Source of the DNA: Rhodosorus marinus CCMP1338
Lineage: Eukaryota; Plantae; Rhodophyta
Direction: 5' to 3'
NCBI GenBank assembly: GCA_029953675.1
Contig: JAMWBK010000002.1
Span: 3,162,001-3,226,000, forward strand
DNA: 64,000 bases
Shown: piece after piece, positions 63,101-64,000 of the stretch
How the letters are laid out: each line of letters starts with the position of its first letter
How positions within the stretch are numbered: the first letter of the stretch is position 1
Notes under the pieces: generated by a model
Databases searched by the model: none
What the model was told of the DNA's origin: nothing
Seen by the model: the letters and a program-made list of their open reading frames with translations, nothing else
Translations under genes and position numbers: made by a program

Positions 63101-64000
63101 GCTGATAAGAACGACCCCAATTGATTCGCAGGTGCTATCAAGTATGTTCCAGATGAAGGTCACTTGCAGAAAGTTCTGCCGTGGCGAGATCACCCTCGAG
63201 GAGATGTCGACCAGAAACTCAGCCACGCTGAAGGCGTGGATGAAAGTCGGCCCACGTGGTGCTAACTCCCTCATGAACATTCCGGATCACATATGGCATC
63301 ATCTTTTCTACATCCTGCGTGCCAACCGTCTCGTCGGCTACTATTCAGTTGAGAGTGGAAAATGTGTCAGAAAGTTCCCTTTCGGTGGTTTTGAGCCAAA
63401 TTCCGAGCAGAGCGCGTTGGTGCGAAGTTCGTCTTTGGAAAGGACAAATCCGCGAGCCCCGACAAGAAAGGAATACCAATACATATCCGAGCTTGTGCAG
63501 GGCGCGGACTCGAACGGCGACATTTCCTTGAAGGAGCGCGAACTGTTTCAGGGGTTGGCGCGAAAGGTAGGGCAAGAAGCGAACGATTGAACTTGTGAAT
63601 CGATATGCTGACAGGCTGGACTACCTTCGCGTAGGTGTTCTGCGCTCCGCAACAGCTATTCAATTGGAAGACGCCTGCGACGCTCTCGAAAGGTCGACCC
63701 GCAATCCTAATGGTGTCCGAGAGTTTCCTATCTATTCCGTGGGAACTTTTCTTCGACCATTTGGTGGTCCGTTCCTTGTGCCTGATGGACCTCGTGCGTG
63801 GAATTCAAACCGGTGGTCATATTGAAGCCCTGAAGCCATCCGCCCGTACCGTGGAGCGAATCAAGTGAGTTAGCGCTTTTGGTTGCTATTTTTGATGTTA
63901 TCTGTGCTTACGTCATGTACAACTTTTCATTAATAGGTATCTAAGCTTTTACACAGAGCGCAAGTCGAACTCCCGAGACATGACCGACCTTTCCAGGCGC
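57111..64000 (+). CDS. Very large alpha-solenoid/TPR-like protein of unknown function; 3' end outside the window
   Basis: First exon of about 3.37 kb (donor near 60480), then short GT-AG introns through 63868 and beyond. TPR-like helical pairs (ELGVSLLKKSRVYRSMNRFADASQVLDRA; YGAVLLHNEKYRYSIAAFEAA; RALLCGERFNEALDYIE; ALQELDTAESIYRRIGDDLLVAKV). Total more than 2000 aa. No family recognised with confidence. Confidence 0.8.

Overview
Gene-dense eukaryotic nuclear DNA with many short spliceosomal introns (mostly 45-130 nt, GT-AG; one GC-AG). It is very probably from a phycoerythrin-containing red alga: it has a nuclear cpeY-type lyase with a transit peptide, a starch-branching enzyme with no transit peptide, and M-A-x-x-F-V type plastid presequences. 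The species cannot be determined from the window. I spliced gene models by eye, so intron and terminal boundaries are approximate unless stated. Well-supported genes, in order: starch-branching enzyme, ANKZF1/Vms1, NVL/Rix7 AAA ATPase, glycyl-tRNA synthetase, a type-I membrane coiled-coil protein, a rhodanese-methyltransferase fusion, an SLC4/BOR transporter, a class-3 lipase, tripeptidyl-peptidase II, a tandem-RRM protein, a CpeY-family bilin lyase, AP-1/2 beta-adaptin, HisA/His6, a three-finger LSD1-type zinc-finger protein largely missed by the ORF track, ALB3, and a very large TPR-like protein that runs off the right edge. The most unusual accessory structure is at about 37.45-38.73 kb: five degenerate ~159-bp repeat units enclosing a decayed Ty3/gypsy-like gag capsid fragment. 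I recognised no rRNA, tRNA or CRISPR arrays.
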